From NCBI GenBank assembly GCA_039683095.1, contig JBDKSB010000001.1:324567-388566 (forward strand): 64,000 nucleotides of DNA. The letters are read 5' to 3'. The position numbers were made by a program, and so were the translations under genes. A model generated the notes under the pieces. It searched no databases. It was given only the letters and a program-made list of their open reading frames with translations, and was not told where the DNA came from. Shown here piece by piece: positions 19,555-29,949 of the stretch (its first letter is position 1; every line of letters begins with the position of its first letter). Origin of the DNA: Acidobacteriota bacterium. Lineage in GTDB: Bacteria; Acidobacteriota; Aminicenantia; Aminicenantales; Saccharicenantaceae.

Positions 19555-20103
19555 ATGAAAATGAAAAGACTCCCCCTGCCGAAGGCGTTCATGCTCCTCG
19601 AGCCGGGTCCCGTGGTGCTTGTGGCCACGGCGGACGGCGGCAGGAACAACGTCATGACCATCTCCTGGCACATGGTCATGGATTTCACGCCGCGGTTCGC
19701 CCTGCTGACGGGGGCCTGGAACTTCTCTTATGAGGCCCTGGTCAAGACCCGGGAATGCGTGATCGCGATACCGACGGTCGATATCTCGGCCAAGGTCGTC
19801 GGTATCGGGACGTGTTCTGGCTCCGACACGGACAAGTTCGCCAGGTTCGGGCTTACGCCCATCAAGGCGAAATCGGTCCGGGCGCCGTTGATAGGGGAGT
19901 GCCTGGCGAATATCGAATGCCGCGTTTCCGATCATATCGGGGAGCACGACATCTTCGTTCTCGACGCGGTCCATGCCTGGGTGGACGAGGACAGGAAGGA
20001 ACGGCGCACGATCCACGCCCGGGGGGACGGGACGTTCGTCGTCGACGGCCGGACGATCGATCATAGCGCGCTGATGCGTTCCAAGATCCCTCCGGGGGTC
20101 TGA
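19555..20103 (+). CDS. Flavin reductase-family protein (FMN-binding split barrel)
   Basis: VVLVATADGGRNNVMTISW and IGECLANIECRV. RBS aaagggaggggac precedes the ATG. Confidence 0.75.
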   Translation: MKMKRLPLPKAFMLLEPGPVVLVATADGGRNNVMTISWHMVMDFTPRFALLTGAWNFSYEALVKTRECVIAIPTVDISAKVVGIGTCSGSDTDKFARFGLTPIKAKSVRAPLIGECLANIECRVSDHIGEHDIFVLDAVHAWVDEDRKERRTIHARGDGTFVVDGRTIDHSALMRSKIPPGV

Positions 20104-20268
20104 GCCCTTGACTCGAGCCCGCGGCGGCCCGGGCGGTCCTGTCGCGCTTCGACCAGCGCTCGCAGCATTACGAGGCCCGCGGGCGCCGCGCCCGCTAGCC
20201 GCCTTCCTTGACACCCGGCAGGATCGGGACCTATCCTGGACCCGCTGGAGAGCGAACCAAGGAGGCGG

Positions 20269-21306
20269 ATGATGGTCGGTCCAAGGGCGCGGTCTTCGTT
20301 CTTCCTTCTGGCAGCTGCGGCGGTCCTGGCGCTTGCCGCCGGGACCGCTTCGGCCGAGCTCGTGGCCAAGCTGCCGCAGGTGATGAACCCGTTCTTCCTC
20401 TCCATCGCCGGCGGCCGCATGTATATCGTCGAAAACGACGCGACCGTGCACATCTACGCGCTGGAGGCCGGGCGCGTCTCCTTCGTCAAGACGTTCGGAC
20501 GGGCGGGCCAGGGACCCGGCGAGTTCGATTTCATCTACGCCGTCCGCCCCTTCAAGGACCACCTGGACATCCCCGGTTCGGCCAAGCTGGCCCGCTTCTC
20601 GCTTGACGGCGACTATCAGAGCGAGATCGTCTTCACCGTCGGGGCGTTCAAAGGCGCCTTCTATCGCCTGGCCGACCGGTACGTGGCCCGGGACATCGAT
20701 TTCGATGACAAGGGGGCCACGACGACCATCCGTCTCTATGACAAGGATCTTAAATTGATCAAGGAGATCGGCCGCCGCACGGAGCCCTTGAATATCATGG
20801 AGAAGATCAATCTGGTGAGCGGCTATTACGCACCGCGCGTCTCCGGCGACCGCCTCTACGTGATCGATTCGGCCCGGGAATCGATCGTCGCAGTTTACGA
20901 CCGGGACGGCGTTCTGCAGCGCAAGATCCGGCTGCCCCTCGAGCCGCAAAAGATGACGGCCGCGCTGAGGGACGCCGTCATCAGGACCGTCAAGGAGGGC
21001 TGGGCGGGCCGGATGCCCTGGGCGGAATACGAGAAGAGGCTGTTCTTTCCCGATGAGACACCGGGACTCGATTACTTCGAGGTCCTCGACGGGGCGTTCG
21101 CGGCCAGGACGTGGAAATACCGCCGGGATATGGTCGAGTTCGCCCTCTTCGACGGGCAGGGACGCGAACTGAAGCGATTGGAACTGCCTTTCACCGGCCG
21201 GCTGTCCAACGGCATCCTGTTCTGCTTCTGCGAGGGGCGCTATTATTACCTTCGCGAGAATCCAGGCGAAGAGGCCTGGGAGCTCCACGCCGAAAAGGCC
21301 TGGTAG
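20269..21306 (+). CDS. Secreted 6-bladed beta-propeller-like hypothetical protein
   Basis: RBS aggagg. Signal peptide ...AAAAVLALAAGTASA. Repeated aromatic/Gly propeller-like segments. Confidence 0.55.
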   Translation: MMVGPRARSSFFLLAAAAVLALAAGTASAELVAKLPQVMNPFFLSIAGGRMYIVENDATVHIYALEAGRVSFVKTFGRAGQGPGEFDFIYAVRPFKDHLDIPGSAKLARFSLDGDYQSEIVFTVGAFKGAFYRLADRYVARDIDFDDKGATTTIRLYDKDLKLIKEIGRRTEPLNIMEKINLVSGYYAPRVSGDRLYVIDSARESIVAVYDRDGVLQRKIRLPLEPQKMTAALRDAVIRTVKEGWAGRMPWAEYEKRLFFPDETPGLDYFEVLDGAFAARTWKYRRDMVEFALFDGQGRELKRLELPFTGRLSNGILFCFCEGRYYYLRENPGEEAWELHAEKAW

Positions 21307-21504
21307 TCCCCCGGGATGAAGAAGCGGGCGCGGACCATCCGGCGGATCCTGGCCTGGATCGTCCCCTGAGCCTGGGGCAGCATCCCCCGCGCCGGGGCTC
21401 CCGACCCGGGATCCGCGGGTTCCGGGCCGGGGACGCCTTGGAATAACCTCGGCTCCGCCGGTGTCAAATCGGATGTAGAGAGCCCCCCAACGGAGAAGAG
21501 AACC

Positions 21505-23196
21505 ATGAAACGGACGCTCGCTCTGGCCGCGGTTTCGTGCCTGCTTTGCCTGTCCTGCAGCGGCGGAGGATCGGCCAACGACCCGGATCCCGGAGGGACG
21601 AGCGCCGAACCGGCGACAACGATCGATGCCGCGCCTTTCGCGGTTTCCGTCGCGGCCGAGGCGGACCCTCCGCCCCATCACCATGATCCGGCGGATATCG
21701 TCGCCAACAACGCTTTCGACAATGCCGTCGACATAGATTTCACCGCCAATACCGCCAAGTTGCCCGCCGATCCCGCCGACCCGGCGACCCAGACCATCAC
21801 GCCGGAGGGCGTAACGCCCCTCGCCGGGGTCTCCGTTGCGCAGACGGCTTACGGCGTGACTATCACTTCCACGGCCGCCGGCGTCAGATACAACCTGGCG
21901 GGGTCATTGAGCGGGACGCTCGTCGTCAACAGCTCCAGCCAGTACCAGCTCTGTCTCGACGGCGTCGCGATAGATGCCGCCCAGGGGCCGGCGCTCGACC
22001 TGGAATCGTCGAAGAAGGTCTTCATCGTCTCCCCGGCCGGGACGGCCAACACGCTGACAGACCAGGCGACTTCCGGCACCATGGATAAGAAGGGCGCCCT
22101 GTACGGCAAGGGGGCCATGATCTTCAGCGGCGACGGAACGACGACCGTGACAGGGAACTACAAGCACGGCATTTACAGCAAGGACTATATCCGGATCTGC
22201 GGCGGAACGCTCAACGTCACGGTCAATGCCAAGAACGCCGTCCAAACGGTGAATGGCTTCATCTTCGACGACGGGGATCTGACGGTCAACGCCCGCGGGG
22301 AAACGCTGGGCGATGAGAGCAAGGGGATCAGGGTCGAGGGCCTGGAAGGCGCGGCCGGCGCGGGGAAAGGGTACATAGTCGTCAACGGCGGGCGCATCAA
22401 CGTCACGTCCGTCGGCAAAGCCATCACGGCCGGCTGGGATATCGACGAAGACGAGACGGTGACGCCCGGGGACCCGTCGGACAACCCCGACCCCGACGTC
22501 ATCATCAATAACGGCGTCATCGACGTCACAACGACGGGGACCCCGGAGCCCGACGACATCAACGGCGACGGCCTGACCCTGAGCCCCGAAGGGATCGAGG
22601 CGAAATCGGACCTGGTCATCAACAGCGGGTACATCGTCGTCAACGCGACCGAGGACGGGCTCAACGCGGGAGATTCGATCACGATCGGCGGCGGATACGT
22701 CTATCTGAAGAGCCAGTCCGGCGACGCGTCGGATTCCAACGGTTCGACCAAGATCTCCGGAGGCGTCGTCGTGGCTATAGGCCAGTCCGGCGCCGTGGAA
22801 GGCTCGTTCGACAGCGAGCCCGGGCATCCCTTCGCCATCACCGGGGGGATCTTGGTCGGGATCGCCGCCAACACCAGCGAGCCGACCGCGTCGGCCTGCA
22901 CCCAGAACGCCGTCGTCACCGGCCGGCTGACGGCCGAAAGGACCATGGCCCTCAAGGCCGATGCCGGGACGGTGGCCTTCGCCTTCTTCGTGCCCAGGTC
23001 CTTTGAGACGATGATCATATCCTCCCCGCTGATCTCGGTCGGAACAGCGTACACCGTCTACACGGGCGGGACCGCCACGGGGGACAACGTCTTCGGAGGC
23101 CTTTATCTCGGGAATCTCGGCTATTCCGGCGGAACGGCCGGAACAGCGTTCACGGCGTCGTCGGGGGTCACCCGGATAGGCGGAACGTTCTTCTGA
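21505..23196 (+). CDS. Lipoprotein with beta-helix / carbohydrate-binding-like repeats
   Basis: Lipobox LLCLSCSGG. Repetitive G/T/N-rich beta-strand-like segments. A PPPHHHD motif near the N-terminus. Confidence 0.55.
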   Translation: MKRTLALAAVSCLLCLSCSGGGSANDPDPGGTSAEPATTIDAAPFAVSVAAEADPPPHHHDPADIVANNAFDNAVDIDFTANTAKLPADPADPATQTITPEGVTPLAGVSVAQTAYGVTITSTAAGVRYNLAGSLSGTLVVNSSSQYQLCLDGVAIDAAQGPALDLESSKKVFIVSPAGTANTLTDQATSGTMDKKGALYGKGAMIFSGDGTTTVTGNYKHGIYSKDYIRICGGTLNVTVNAKNAVQTVNGFIFDDGDLTVNARGETLGDESKGIRVEGLEGAAGAGKGYIVVNGGRINVTSVGKAITAGWDIDEDETVTPGDPSDNPDPDVIINNGVIDVTTTGTPEPDDINGDGLTLSPEGIEAKSDLVINSGYIVVNATEDGLNAGDSITIGGGYVYLKSQSGDASDSNGSTKISGGVVVAIGQSGAVEGSFDSEPGHPFAITGGILVGIAANTSEPTASACTQNAVVTGRLTAERTMALKADAGTVAFAFFVPRSFETMIISSPLISVGTAYTVYTGGTATGDNVFGGLYLGNLGYSGGTAGTAFTASSGVTRIGGTFF

Positions 23197-23249
23197 TCTC
23201 GACCCGAGGAGAGGGGGCGAGATGATGAGATCATATCTCCGCGGCGCCG

Positions 23250-23645
23250 TTGACGAACGGCTTCGCCGGCGGGCCCCTCTTCTTCGTCTGCGATAGGGCG
23301 GCCGTCATCACCCTGAGCGGCGCGGCGCCCGTCAACAGCTTGGACATGCTGCTCGTGGCCGGCCAGGCCTCCACGGCCTCCCAGTATATCGATGACGTCA
23401 ACAGCGACTGGGGGACCCTCGGCGGCACGGTGACGTTCAGGGCGACGAACGAAACGATGGCCGGCAAGATCATCATCTGCGACAGCTCGAGCTCGATCGA
23501 CCTGACGCTTGCGGGATCGACCCTCACCGGCGCCATCGACGGCGACGACAAAGGGCCGGCCGACAAGCTGACGGCCCGGACCTCCCGGCCGGGCCGCGGG
23601 GCCCGGGCCGCGAGGGGTCACAAACCTCCGCCCAGGACCTTGTAG
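23250..23645 (+). other. Possible truncated gene fragment of an adhesin or beta-helix-like protein
   Basis: The ORF reads ...IIICDSSSSIDLTLAGSTLTGAIDGD and then runs into the convergent nodT stop. It has no RBS or signal peptide and turns low-complexity at the end. Confidence 0.2.
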
Positions 23646-25015
23646 AGGGCGACCTGGTTGACCCGGCGGGCCAGCTTGGTCGCGACAAGCCCCCGCTGGG
23701 CGTCGTAGAAGGACCGCTGGGCCACCAGGACGCCGAGATAGCTGTCGATGCCTTCCTTGTAGCGGGCCTCGGAGAGACGGTAGCTCTCGCCCAGGGCCTC
23801 GGCCAGGGATCGCTGGGCGTCCAGCTGCTCGACGAGGGTCGAGCGAAGGGCCAGGGCGTCGCTGACCTCGCGGAAAGCCGTCTGGATGGCCTTCTCGTAC
23901 TGGGCCACGGCGATGTCGCGGTCGACCTTGGCCGCCTTGAGGTTGGCGACCAGGGAGCCCCCGGCGAAGAGAGGCTGGACGATCTGCGGCGCGTAGCTCC
24001 AGTAGCCCGTCCCGGACTCGAACAGCCCGGCCAGGGCGGGCGCCAGGGTGCCGGCCGCGGCGGTCAGCGAGATGCGCGGGAAGAAGGCCGCCCGGGCGGC
24101 GCCGATGTTGGCGTTCAGGCTCTTGAGCTGGTATTCGGCCGCCAGGATGTCGGGCCGCTCGAGGAGGATGCCGGAATCCAGGCCGGCGGAGATGTCCTTC
24201 AGCTCGGCGACCGCGGCCAGCCCGCCCGGCAGAAGGCCGGCCGGGACCTCTCTCCCGGCCAGTAGGTTCAGGGCGTTCGTGTCCGCGGCCACGAGCCCGG
24301 TGTAGCGGGCGACGTCGACGCGGGCCGCTTCCACCTGGCTCTGGGACTGGCGCAGGGTCAGGTCCGAGGCGACTCCGGCGTCCCGGCTTTTCAGGATCAG
24401 CTCATAAGAAGCTTTCTGGGCTTCGAGGGTCGCCTTGGCCAGATCGAGCGATTCACGGTCGGCCGCCAGGGACAGGTAGGAGCCGGCGACGGCGGCCACC
24501 AGGGAGATCTGGGCCGACTTCCGCCCCTCGACCGTGGCCAGGTACTGGTTCAGGGCCCTGGCCTTCAGGCTGCGAAGGCGGCCGAAGAGGTCCAGCTCCC
24601 ACGACGCCGTGCCCATGACGCTGTACTGCTCGACCGTATAGGCGTTGCCGGTTGACGACATCTGCCGCGGGATCCTGTAGTTGTCGGCGCCGGCGGCCGC
24701 CGCGGCGCTCGGATACAGGCTGGATCGCTGGATCCGGTAGACGGCCTGCATCTTTTCGACGTTGAGGGCCGCGATCCGCAGGTCGCGGTTGTTGGCCAGG
24801 GCCAGCTCGATGACGCCGCGCAGGCCGGGATCGGTGAAGAATTCCCGCCAGGCCGGCTCCGGCGCCGCCGGCGCGGCGGGGGAACCGCCCGTAACGGCCG
24901 GGCCGGCCGGCAGGGCGGCCGGGACCGGCGCCTCGGGACGGCGGTACTTGGGGATCATGGTGCAGCCGCCCAGAAGGAGGACGGCCAGGGCTAGGGACAG
25001 GGTCTTGTTGCGCAT
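23618..25015 (-). CDS. RND efflux outer-membrane factor lipoprotein, NodT/OprM family
   Basis: Lipobox LLGGCT. Two repeated OEP-like halves. It sits directly downstream of the RND permease (1-nt gap). Confidence 0.85.
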   Translation of the reverse strand: MRNKTLSLALAVLLLGGCTMIPKYRRPEAPVPAALPAGPAVTGGSPAAPAAPEPAWREFFTDPGLRGVIELALANNRDLRIAALNVEKMQAVYRIQRSSLYPSAAAAAGADNYRIPRQMSSTGNAYTVEQYSVMGTASWELDLFGRLRSLKARALNQYLATVEGRKSAQISLVAAVAGSYLSLAADRESLDLAKATLEAQKASYELILKSRDAGVASDLTLRQSQSQVEAARVDVARYTGLVAADTNALNLLAGREVPAGLLPGGLAAVAELKDISAGLDSGILLERPDILAAEYQLKSLNANIGAARAAFFPRISLTAAAGTLAPALAGLFESGTGYWSYAPQIVQPLFAGGSLVANLKAAKVDRDIAVAQYEKAIQTAFREVSDALALRSTLVEQLDAQRSLAEALGESYRLSEARYKEGIDSYLGVLVAQRSFYDAQRGLVATKLARRVNQVALYKVLGGGL

Positions 25016-25016
25016 C

Positions 25017-28000
25017 TTATTCTTCTTTCGATTGCTCGGCGAAGCTCGCTTCGCGCGGCGCGCGGTTCCGGCCGAGCCCGGAGATCTTCTCGATCAGGAC
25101 GTAGAACAGGGGCGAAAAGACGAGCACCAGCACGGTGGCCGTGACCATGCCGCCGAGGACGCTGGTGCCGATGGCGTTCTGCGACCCCGACCCGGCGCCC
25201 GTGCTGACGGCCAGGGGCAGGACGCCGAAGCCGAAGGCCAGCGAGGTCATGAGGATCGGGCGGAACCGGAGCTTGGCCGCCTCGAGCGTGGCTTGGATGA
25301 GGTCCATGCCCGCCTCCACGCGGGCCTTGGAGAACTGGACGATGAGGATGGCGTTCTTGGCCGTCAGCCCGAGGGTGGTCAGCAGGCCGATCTGGAAATA
25401 GACCCCGTTGGTCAGGCCGCGAAGGGACGTGGCGATGACGCCGCCGATCGCGCCGAGGGGCAGGGCCATCAGGACCGAGATGGGGATGGCCCAGCTTTCA
25501 TAGAGGGCGGCCAGGCACAGGAAGACGACGAAGATGGCGAAGGTATAGAGGAGGCCGGTTTGCGAGCTGGACTGCCGTTCCTGGTAGGAGAGGCCGGTCC
25601 AGTCATACCCGATGCCCGCCGGCAGCTTGGCGATGGCCTCTTCCATGGCCTTCATGGCCTCGCCCGAGCTGACGCCGGGCGCCGGCTGGCCCATGATGTT
25701 CATGGACGGGAAGCCGTTGTAGCGTTCGAGCCGCGGCGAGCCGGAGGTCCAGCGGCCGGTGGCGAAGGCGGAGAGGGGGACCATCTTCCCGGCGTTGTTC
25801 CGGACGAAGAGGCGTTCCAGGTCCTGGGGCAGCATGCGGTAGGGCGCGTCGGCCTGGACGAAGACCCTCTTGATGCGGCCGGCCTGGATGAAGTCGTTGG
25901 CGTAGGCGCTGCCGAAGGCGGCCGAGATGGTGTTGTGGATCGAGCCGATGGGCACGCCGAGCGCGCCGGCCCTGTCCCAGTCCACGTCGACCCGGTACTG
26001 TGGCACGTCCTCCAGCCCGTTGGGGCGGACGCCGGTCAGCCGCGGGTCCTGGGCCGCCAGGCCGAGAAGCTGGTTGCGGGCGGCCGTCAGGGTCTCGTGG
26101 CCGAGGCCGCCCATGTCGAGCAGCTCCAGGTCGAACCCGGAGGTCATGCCCAGCTCGGTCACGGCCGCCGGGGCGAGGACATAGATGGAAGCGTTGCGGA
26201 TCTGCGAGAGGGCCCGGTTGGCCCTCCCCGCCACGGCCTTGACCCGGAGGTCCTTGGTCGGGCGGAGATCCCAGTCCTTGAGCTTGACGAAGAGCATGCC
26301 GACGTTCTGGCCGCTGCCGGCGAACCCGGCGCCGACGATGCCCATGCACGAGTCGACGGCGTCCTTCTCGTTCTGCTCGAAATAGCCCTGGATCTGGGCC
26401 ATGACGGCCTTGGTCTGTTCGAAGGTGTTGCCTCTCGGCAGGGTCACCTGGCAGAGCAGAGCCCCCTGATCCTCGTCGGGCAGGTAGGAGGTAGGCAGCC
26501 GGAGATACAGGAAGCCCAGGAGGGCGACGATCAGGACGAAGACCGCGATGTACCGTTTCTTCTTGGCCAGCGCGCGGCCGACCAGCCGCGAGTACCACTC
26601 GCGCAGGCGGTAGAAGCCGCGGTTGAACTTTCTAAAGAACGGCCGCAGCAGGCGGAAGGTGGTCTCCGAGGTGTCGTGGCCGGCGGCGACCGGCTTGAGG
26701 ATCGAGGCGCAGAGGACGGGCGTCAGGATCAAGGCCACGACGACCGAGAGCATCATGGCCGTGACGATGGTGACGGAGAACTGCCGGTAGATGACGCCGG
26801 TCGAGCCGGCGAAGAAAGCCATGGGCACGAAGACCGCAGAGAGCACGAGGCCGATGCCGATGAGGGCGCTGGTGATCTGGTCCATCGATTTGGCCGTCGC
26901 CTCGCGGGGCGACAGCCCTTCCTCGGACATGATCCGCTCGACGTTCTCGACGACGACGATGGCGTCGTCGACGAGCAGGCCGATGGCCATGACCATGGCG
27001 AACATCGTCAGCATGTTGATGGTGTAGCCGAAAAGCGCCAGCAGCGCGAACGTGCCCAGGAGCACGACCGGGACGGCGATGGTCGGGATGAGCGTGGCCC
27101 GGAAGTTGCCCAGGAAGAGCCACATGATGAGGAAGACCAGAAGGACGGCCACCAGGAGGGTCTTGAAGACCTCGTTGATGGACACCCGGATGAAGGGCGT
27201 CGTGTCGTTGTTGTAGGTGACCTTCATGCCCGCCGGGAAGTACCGGCTCATATCGGCCATCTTGGCCTTGACGGCCGCGGACGTTTTCATGGCGTTGGCC
27301 CCGGCGGCCTGCCGGACGGCCAGGCCGGCCGAGGGCTTGCCGTTGTAATAGACCTCGGCGTTGTAGTACTGGGTCCCCATCTCCGTCCGGCCGACGTCGC
27401 TGATCCGGACGACGGAGCCGTCCGGGTTCGTCCGCAGGGGGATGGCGGCGAACTCGTCGGGCTTCTGGAGCATGTTCTGGACGATGATCGAGGCGTTCAG
27501 GCGCTGGCCGGGCTGAGCCGGCATGCCGCCGAATTGGCCGGCCGAGACCTCGACGTTGTAGGACCGCAGGGCGGCCAGGACTTCCGCGAACGTCAGCCGG
27601 TAATCCGTGAGCTTGTCCGGGTTGAGCCAAACGCGCATGGCGTACTCGGAGCCGAAAGAGGACACCTCGCCGACGCCGGGGATGCGGGCCACGACCTTTT
27701 CGAGGTTGGACTTGGCGTAGTCCATCAGGTCCTTGCCGTCCATGCTGCCGTCTTCCGAGATCAGGCCGATGATCATAAGGTAGTTGCGGGTGGACTTGGT
27801 GACCGTCACGCCCTGGGTCTGGATGACCGAGGGCAGGTTGGCCATGGCCATCTGGAGCCTGTTCTGGACCTGGGCCCAGGCCAGGTCGGGGTCCGTGCCC
27901 GGGGCGAAGGTCATCTCGAGGCGGGATGCGCCCGACGAGTCGCTCGTGGCGGACATGTAGAGCAGGTTGTCGAAGCCGGTCATCTTCTGCTCGATGATCT

Positions 28001-28190
28001 GGGTGACGCTGTTCTCGACCGTCTCGGCCGATCCGCCGGGGTAATAGGCGGAAATGGCGATGGACGGCGGGGCGATCGGCGGGTATTGGGCTATGGGCAG
28101 CATATAGATCGCCAGGGCCCCCGCGGCCATCATGGCGATGGCGATGACCCAGGCGAAGACAGGGCGCTTCAGGAAGAATTTCGATAACAT
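25017..28190 (-). CDS. Hydrophobe/amphiphile efflux-1 (HAE1) RND permease, AcrB/MexB-like
   Basis: 1057 aa. MLSKFFLKRPVFAWVIAI N-terminus and the typical 12-TM plus large periplasmic loop architecture. Confidence 0.9.
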   Translation of the reverse strand: MLSKFFLKRPVFAWVIAIAMMAAGALAIYMLPIAQYPPIAPPSIAISAYYPGGSAETVENSVTQIIEQKMTGFDNLLYMSATSDSSGASRLEMTFAPGTDPDLAWAQVQNRLQMAMANLPSVIQTQGVTVTKSTRNYLMIIGLISEDGSMDGKDLMDYAKSNLEKVVARIPGVGEVSSFGSEYAMRVWLNPDKLTDYRLTFAEVLAALRSYNVEVSAGQFGGMPAQPGQRLNASIIVQNMLQKPDEFAAIPLRTNPDGSVVRISDVGRTEMGTQYYNAEVYYNGKPSAGLAVRQAAGANAMKTSAAVKAKMADMSRYFPAGMKVTYNNDTTPFIRVSINEVFKTLLVAVLLVFLIMWLFLGNFRATLIPTIAVPVVLLGTFALLALFGYTINMLTMFAMVMAIGLLVDDAIVVVENVERIMSEEGLSPREATAKSMDQITSALIGIGLVLSAVFVPMAFFAGSTGVIYRQFSVTIVTAMMLSVVVALILTPVLCASILKPVAAGHDTSETTFRLLRPFFRKFNRGFYRLREWYSRLVGRALAKKKRYIAVFVLIVALLGFLYLRLPTSYLPDEDQGALLCQVTLPRGNTFEQTKAVMAQIQGYFEQNEKDAVDSCMGIVGAGFAGSGQNVGMLFVKLKDWDLRPTKDLRVKAVAGRANRALSQIRNASIYVLAPAAVTELGMTSGFDLELLDMGGLGHETLTAARNQLLGLAAQDPRLTGVRPNGLEDVPQYRVDVDWDRAGALGVPIGSIHNTISAAFGSAYANDFIQAGRIKRVFVQADAPYRMLPQDLERLFVRNNAGKMVPLSAFATGRWTSGSPRLERYNGFPSMNIMGQPAPGVSSGEAMKAMEEAIAKLPAGIGYDWTGLSYQERQSSSQTGLLYTFAIFVVFLCLAALYESWAIPISVLMALPLGAIGGVIATSLRGLTNGVYFQIGLLTTLGLTAKNAILIVQFSKARVEAGMDLIQATLEAAKLRFRPILMTSLAFGFGVLPLAVSTGAGSGSQNAIGTSVLGGMVTATVLVLVFSPLFYVLIEKISGLGRNRAPREASFAEQSKEE

Positions 28191-28223
28191 CTCGGGCCTC
28201 CGTCGAATCGGATCCGCGGCCGG

Positions 28224-29402
28224 TTATTTCGCGGCGGCGCCGGCCGCCGCCGGGGCCGGGGCCGGGGCCGCGATCCGCACGGCCGCGCCGGGCCGGACCC
28301 TCAGCTGGCCCTCGGTGATGACCCGGTCGCCGGCGGCGAGCCCCTTGCCGACGAGCCACTGGTCGCCGATGGCCCGCTCGATCTCGAGCGGCCGCTGCTC
28401 GACCTTGCCCTCGCCGTTGACGATCAGGGCATAGGGACTGCCCTTCGTGTCGCGGCTGACCCCCTGCTGGGGGACGAGGAGAGCCTGGTCGCTCACCCCT
28501 TCCTCGACGATGGCCCGCACGAACATGCCGGGGAGCAGGACCTTGTCGGGATTGGGGAAGACGGCCCGCAGGGTCACCGATCCCGTGGTCGGGTCGACGG
28601 TGATGTCGCGGAACTGCAGGGTGCCTTCCTGCGGGTAGGGGGTGCCGTCCTCGAGTTTCAGCCGGACCCTGCTCCAGGCCTCCTTGTCCTGCCTCAGCTC
28701 CCCGCTCTCCATGAACCGACGCAGGCGGAGGACCTCGGCGCTGGACTGGATGACATCCACGAAGATGGGATCGAGCTGCTGGACGACGGCCAGGGGCGCG
28801 CCCTGGTAGGCGTTGACTAGGGCGCCGACCGTCACGGCCGAGCGGCCGATGCGGCCGGAGATGGGCGACTTGATGGGCGTATAGCCGAGATTGATGCGGG
28901 CGTTCTCCAGGGCCGCCCGGGCGGATTCCGCGCCGGCCTCGGCCGTCTGAAGGGCCGACACCGCGTCGTCATAATCCTGCTGGCCGACGGCGTTGATGGC
29001 GGCGAGGTTCTTGAACCGGTCGGCGCGCGAACGGGCCGCCGGGATCTTGGCTTCGGCCACGGCCAGGGCGGCCTTGGCCTGCTCGAAAGCCGCCTGATAG
29101 GGGGCGGGGTCGATCTGGTAGAGGACGCTGCCGGCCCGGACGTCCGCGCCTTCCGTGAACAGGCGCTTCTGGAGGATGCCGTTGACCTGGGGCCGGATCT
29201 CGGCGACGAGGAAGGCCGTCGTGCGGCCGGGTAGCTCGGTGGTCAACGCCAGCCGTTCCGTCCGGAGCGTGACGACCGCGACCTCGGCGGGCCCGGCGGC
29301 CGGCATGGGTTTGGACTTGCAGGCGGCGGCCAGGGCGCTCAGGACGATCAAGGCCAGCGCGGGCATTCGGCGAAGCTTGGGGTTCGAAGGCGTGCGGCTC
29401 AT
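28224..29402 (-). CDS. RND efflux periplasmic adaptor (membrane fusion protein, AcrA/MexA-like)
   Basis: Start MSRTPSNPKLRRMPALALIVLSALAAAC (lipobox) preceded by aaaggag. Includes HlyD-like coiled coil and beta-barrel segments. Confidence 0.85.
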   Translation of the reverse strand: MSRTPSNPKLRRMPALALIVLSALAAACKSKPMPAAGPAEVAVVTLRTERLALTTELPGRTTAFLVAEIRPQVNGILQKRLFTEGADVRAGSVLYQIDPAPYQAAFEQAKAALAVAEAKIPAARSRADRFKNLAAINAVGQQDYDDAVSALQTAEAGAESARAALENARINLGYTPIKSPISGRIGRSAVTVGALVNAYQGAPLAVVQQLDPIFVDVIQSSAEVLRLRRFMESGELRQDKEAWSRVRLKLEDGTPYPQEGTLQFRDITVDPTTGSVTLRAVFPNPDKVLLPGMFVRAIVEEGVSDQALLVPQQGVSRDTKGSPYALIVNGEGKVEQRPLEIERAIGDQWLVGKGLAAGDRVITEGQLRVRPGAAVRIAAPAPAPAAAGAAAK

Positions 29403-29531
29403 GGGGTGACTCCTTTCTCTGCCGCGGGGATCTCCCGCGGTCCCGGGGCGGTCTGTAAAGCTATCGATCATGGTTCGTTCTCCAGGGATCGTGATGATTC
29501 CGTCGGTCTCGGCGGATCGGGGTGGAGGGGC

Positions 29532-29934
29532 CTAGGCCCCCTGCGGGCCCTCCGGCCGGCGCCCCTCCGCCTGGGGGGGGCCGAAGGACTCGAAGGCTTC
29601 CTTGATCAGGTCCTCGCCGGTCAGACCGAACTCCTCTGACAGGAACCGCTCCTCTACGCAGGCCATGCGGATCAAACCGAGGATCATGCCCATCAGGATG
29701 AGGGTCGTCTTGACCGGATCGGCGCCGGCCCTGAATGTCCCGTCGGCGATGCCGCTCTTGACCAGATCGAGGTTGAGGGAGAAGATCTCTTCCTTTGCTC
29801 AGTTCCGCGGCCTCGGCGATCTCGTCGATGGTCGTGGCGCCGAACCCCTTGGCGAAGAAGAGCTTCTCGGCCGCATCGATGATGCTTTCCTGGCGCATCT
29901 TCTTGTCCCGTTCACGGCGATCGACGATGCTCAT
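29532..29934 (-). pseudogene. TetR/AcrR-family repressor gene with a frameshift or deletion inside the HTH region
   Basis: Frame A reads MSIVDRRERDKKMRQESIIDAAEKLFFAKGFGATTIDEIAEAAELSKG, then becomes junk. The -1 frame continues as a plausible TetR C-terminus: KEEIFSLNLDLVKSGIADGTFRAGADPVKTTLILMGMILGLIRM...GPQGA*. The junction lies at the repeated agcaaagg/aagag sequence ~29790. Confidence 0.55.
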
Positions 29935-29949
29935 GCGGTCCTTATTCCC

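Noticed and set aside
19420-21684. 754-aa minus-strand ORF spanning the flavin reductase and beta-propeller genes
   Set aside because: It is antisense to two genes that have RBSs, signal peptides and recognisable motifs. Its own sequence is Arg/Pro/Gly-rich junk.
24762-28359. 1141-aa plus-strand ORF and 575-aa minus-strand off-frame ORF (26632..28359) within the RND permease region
   Set aside because: Both overlap the unambiguous AcrB-like gene and are shadow ORFs.
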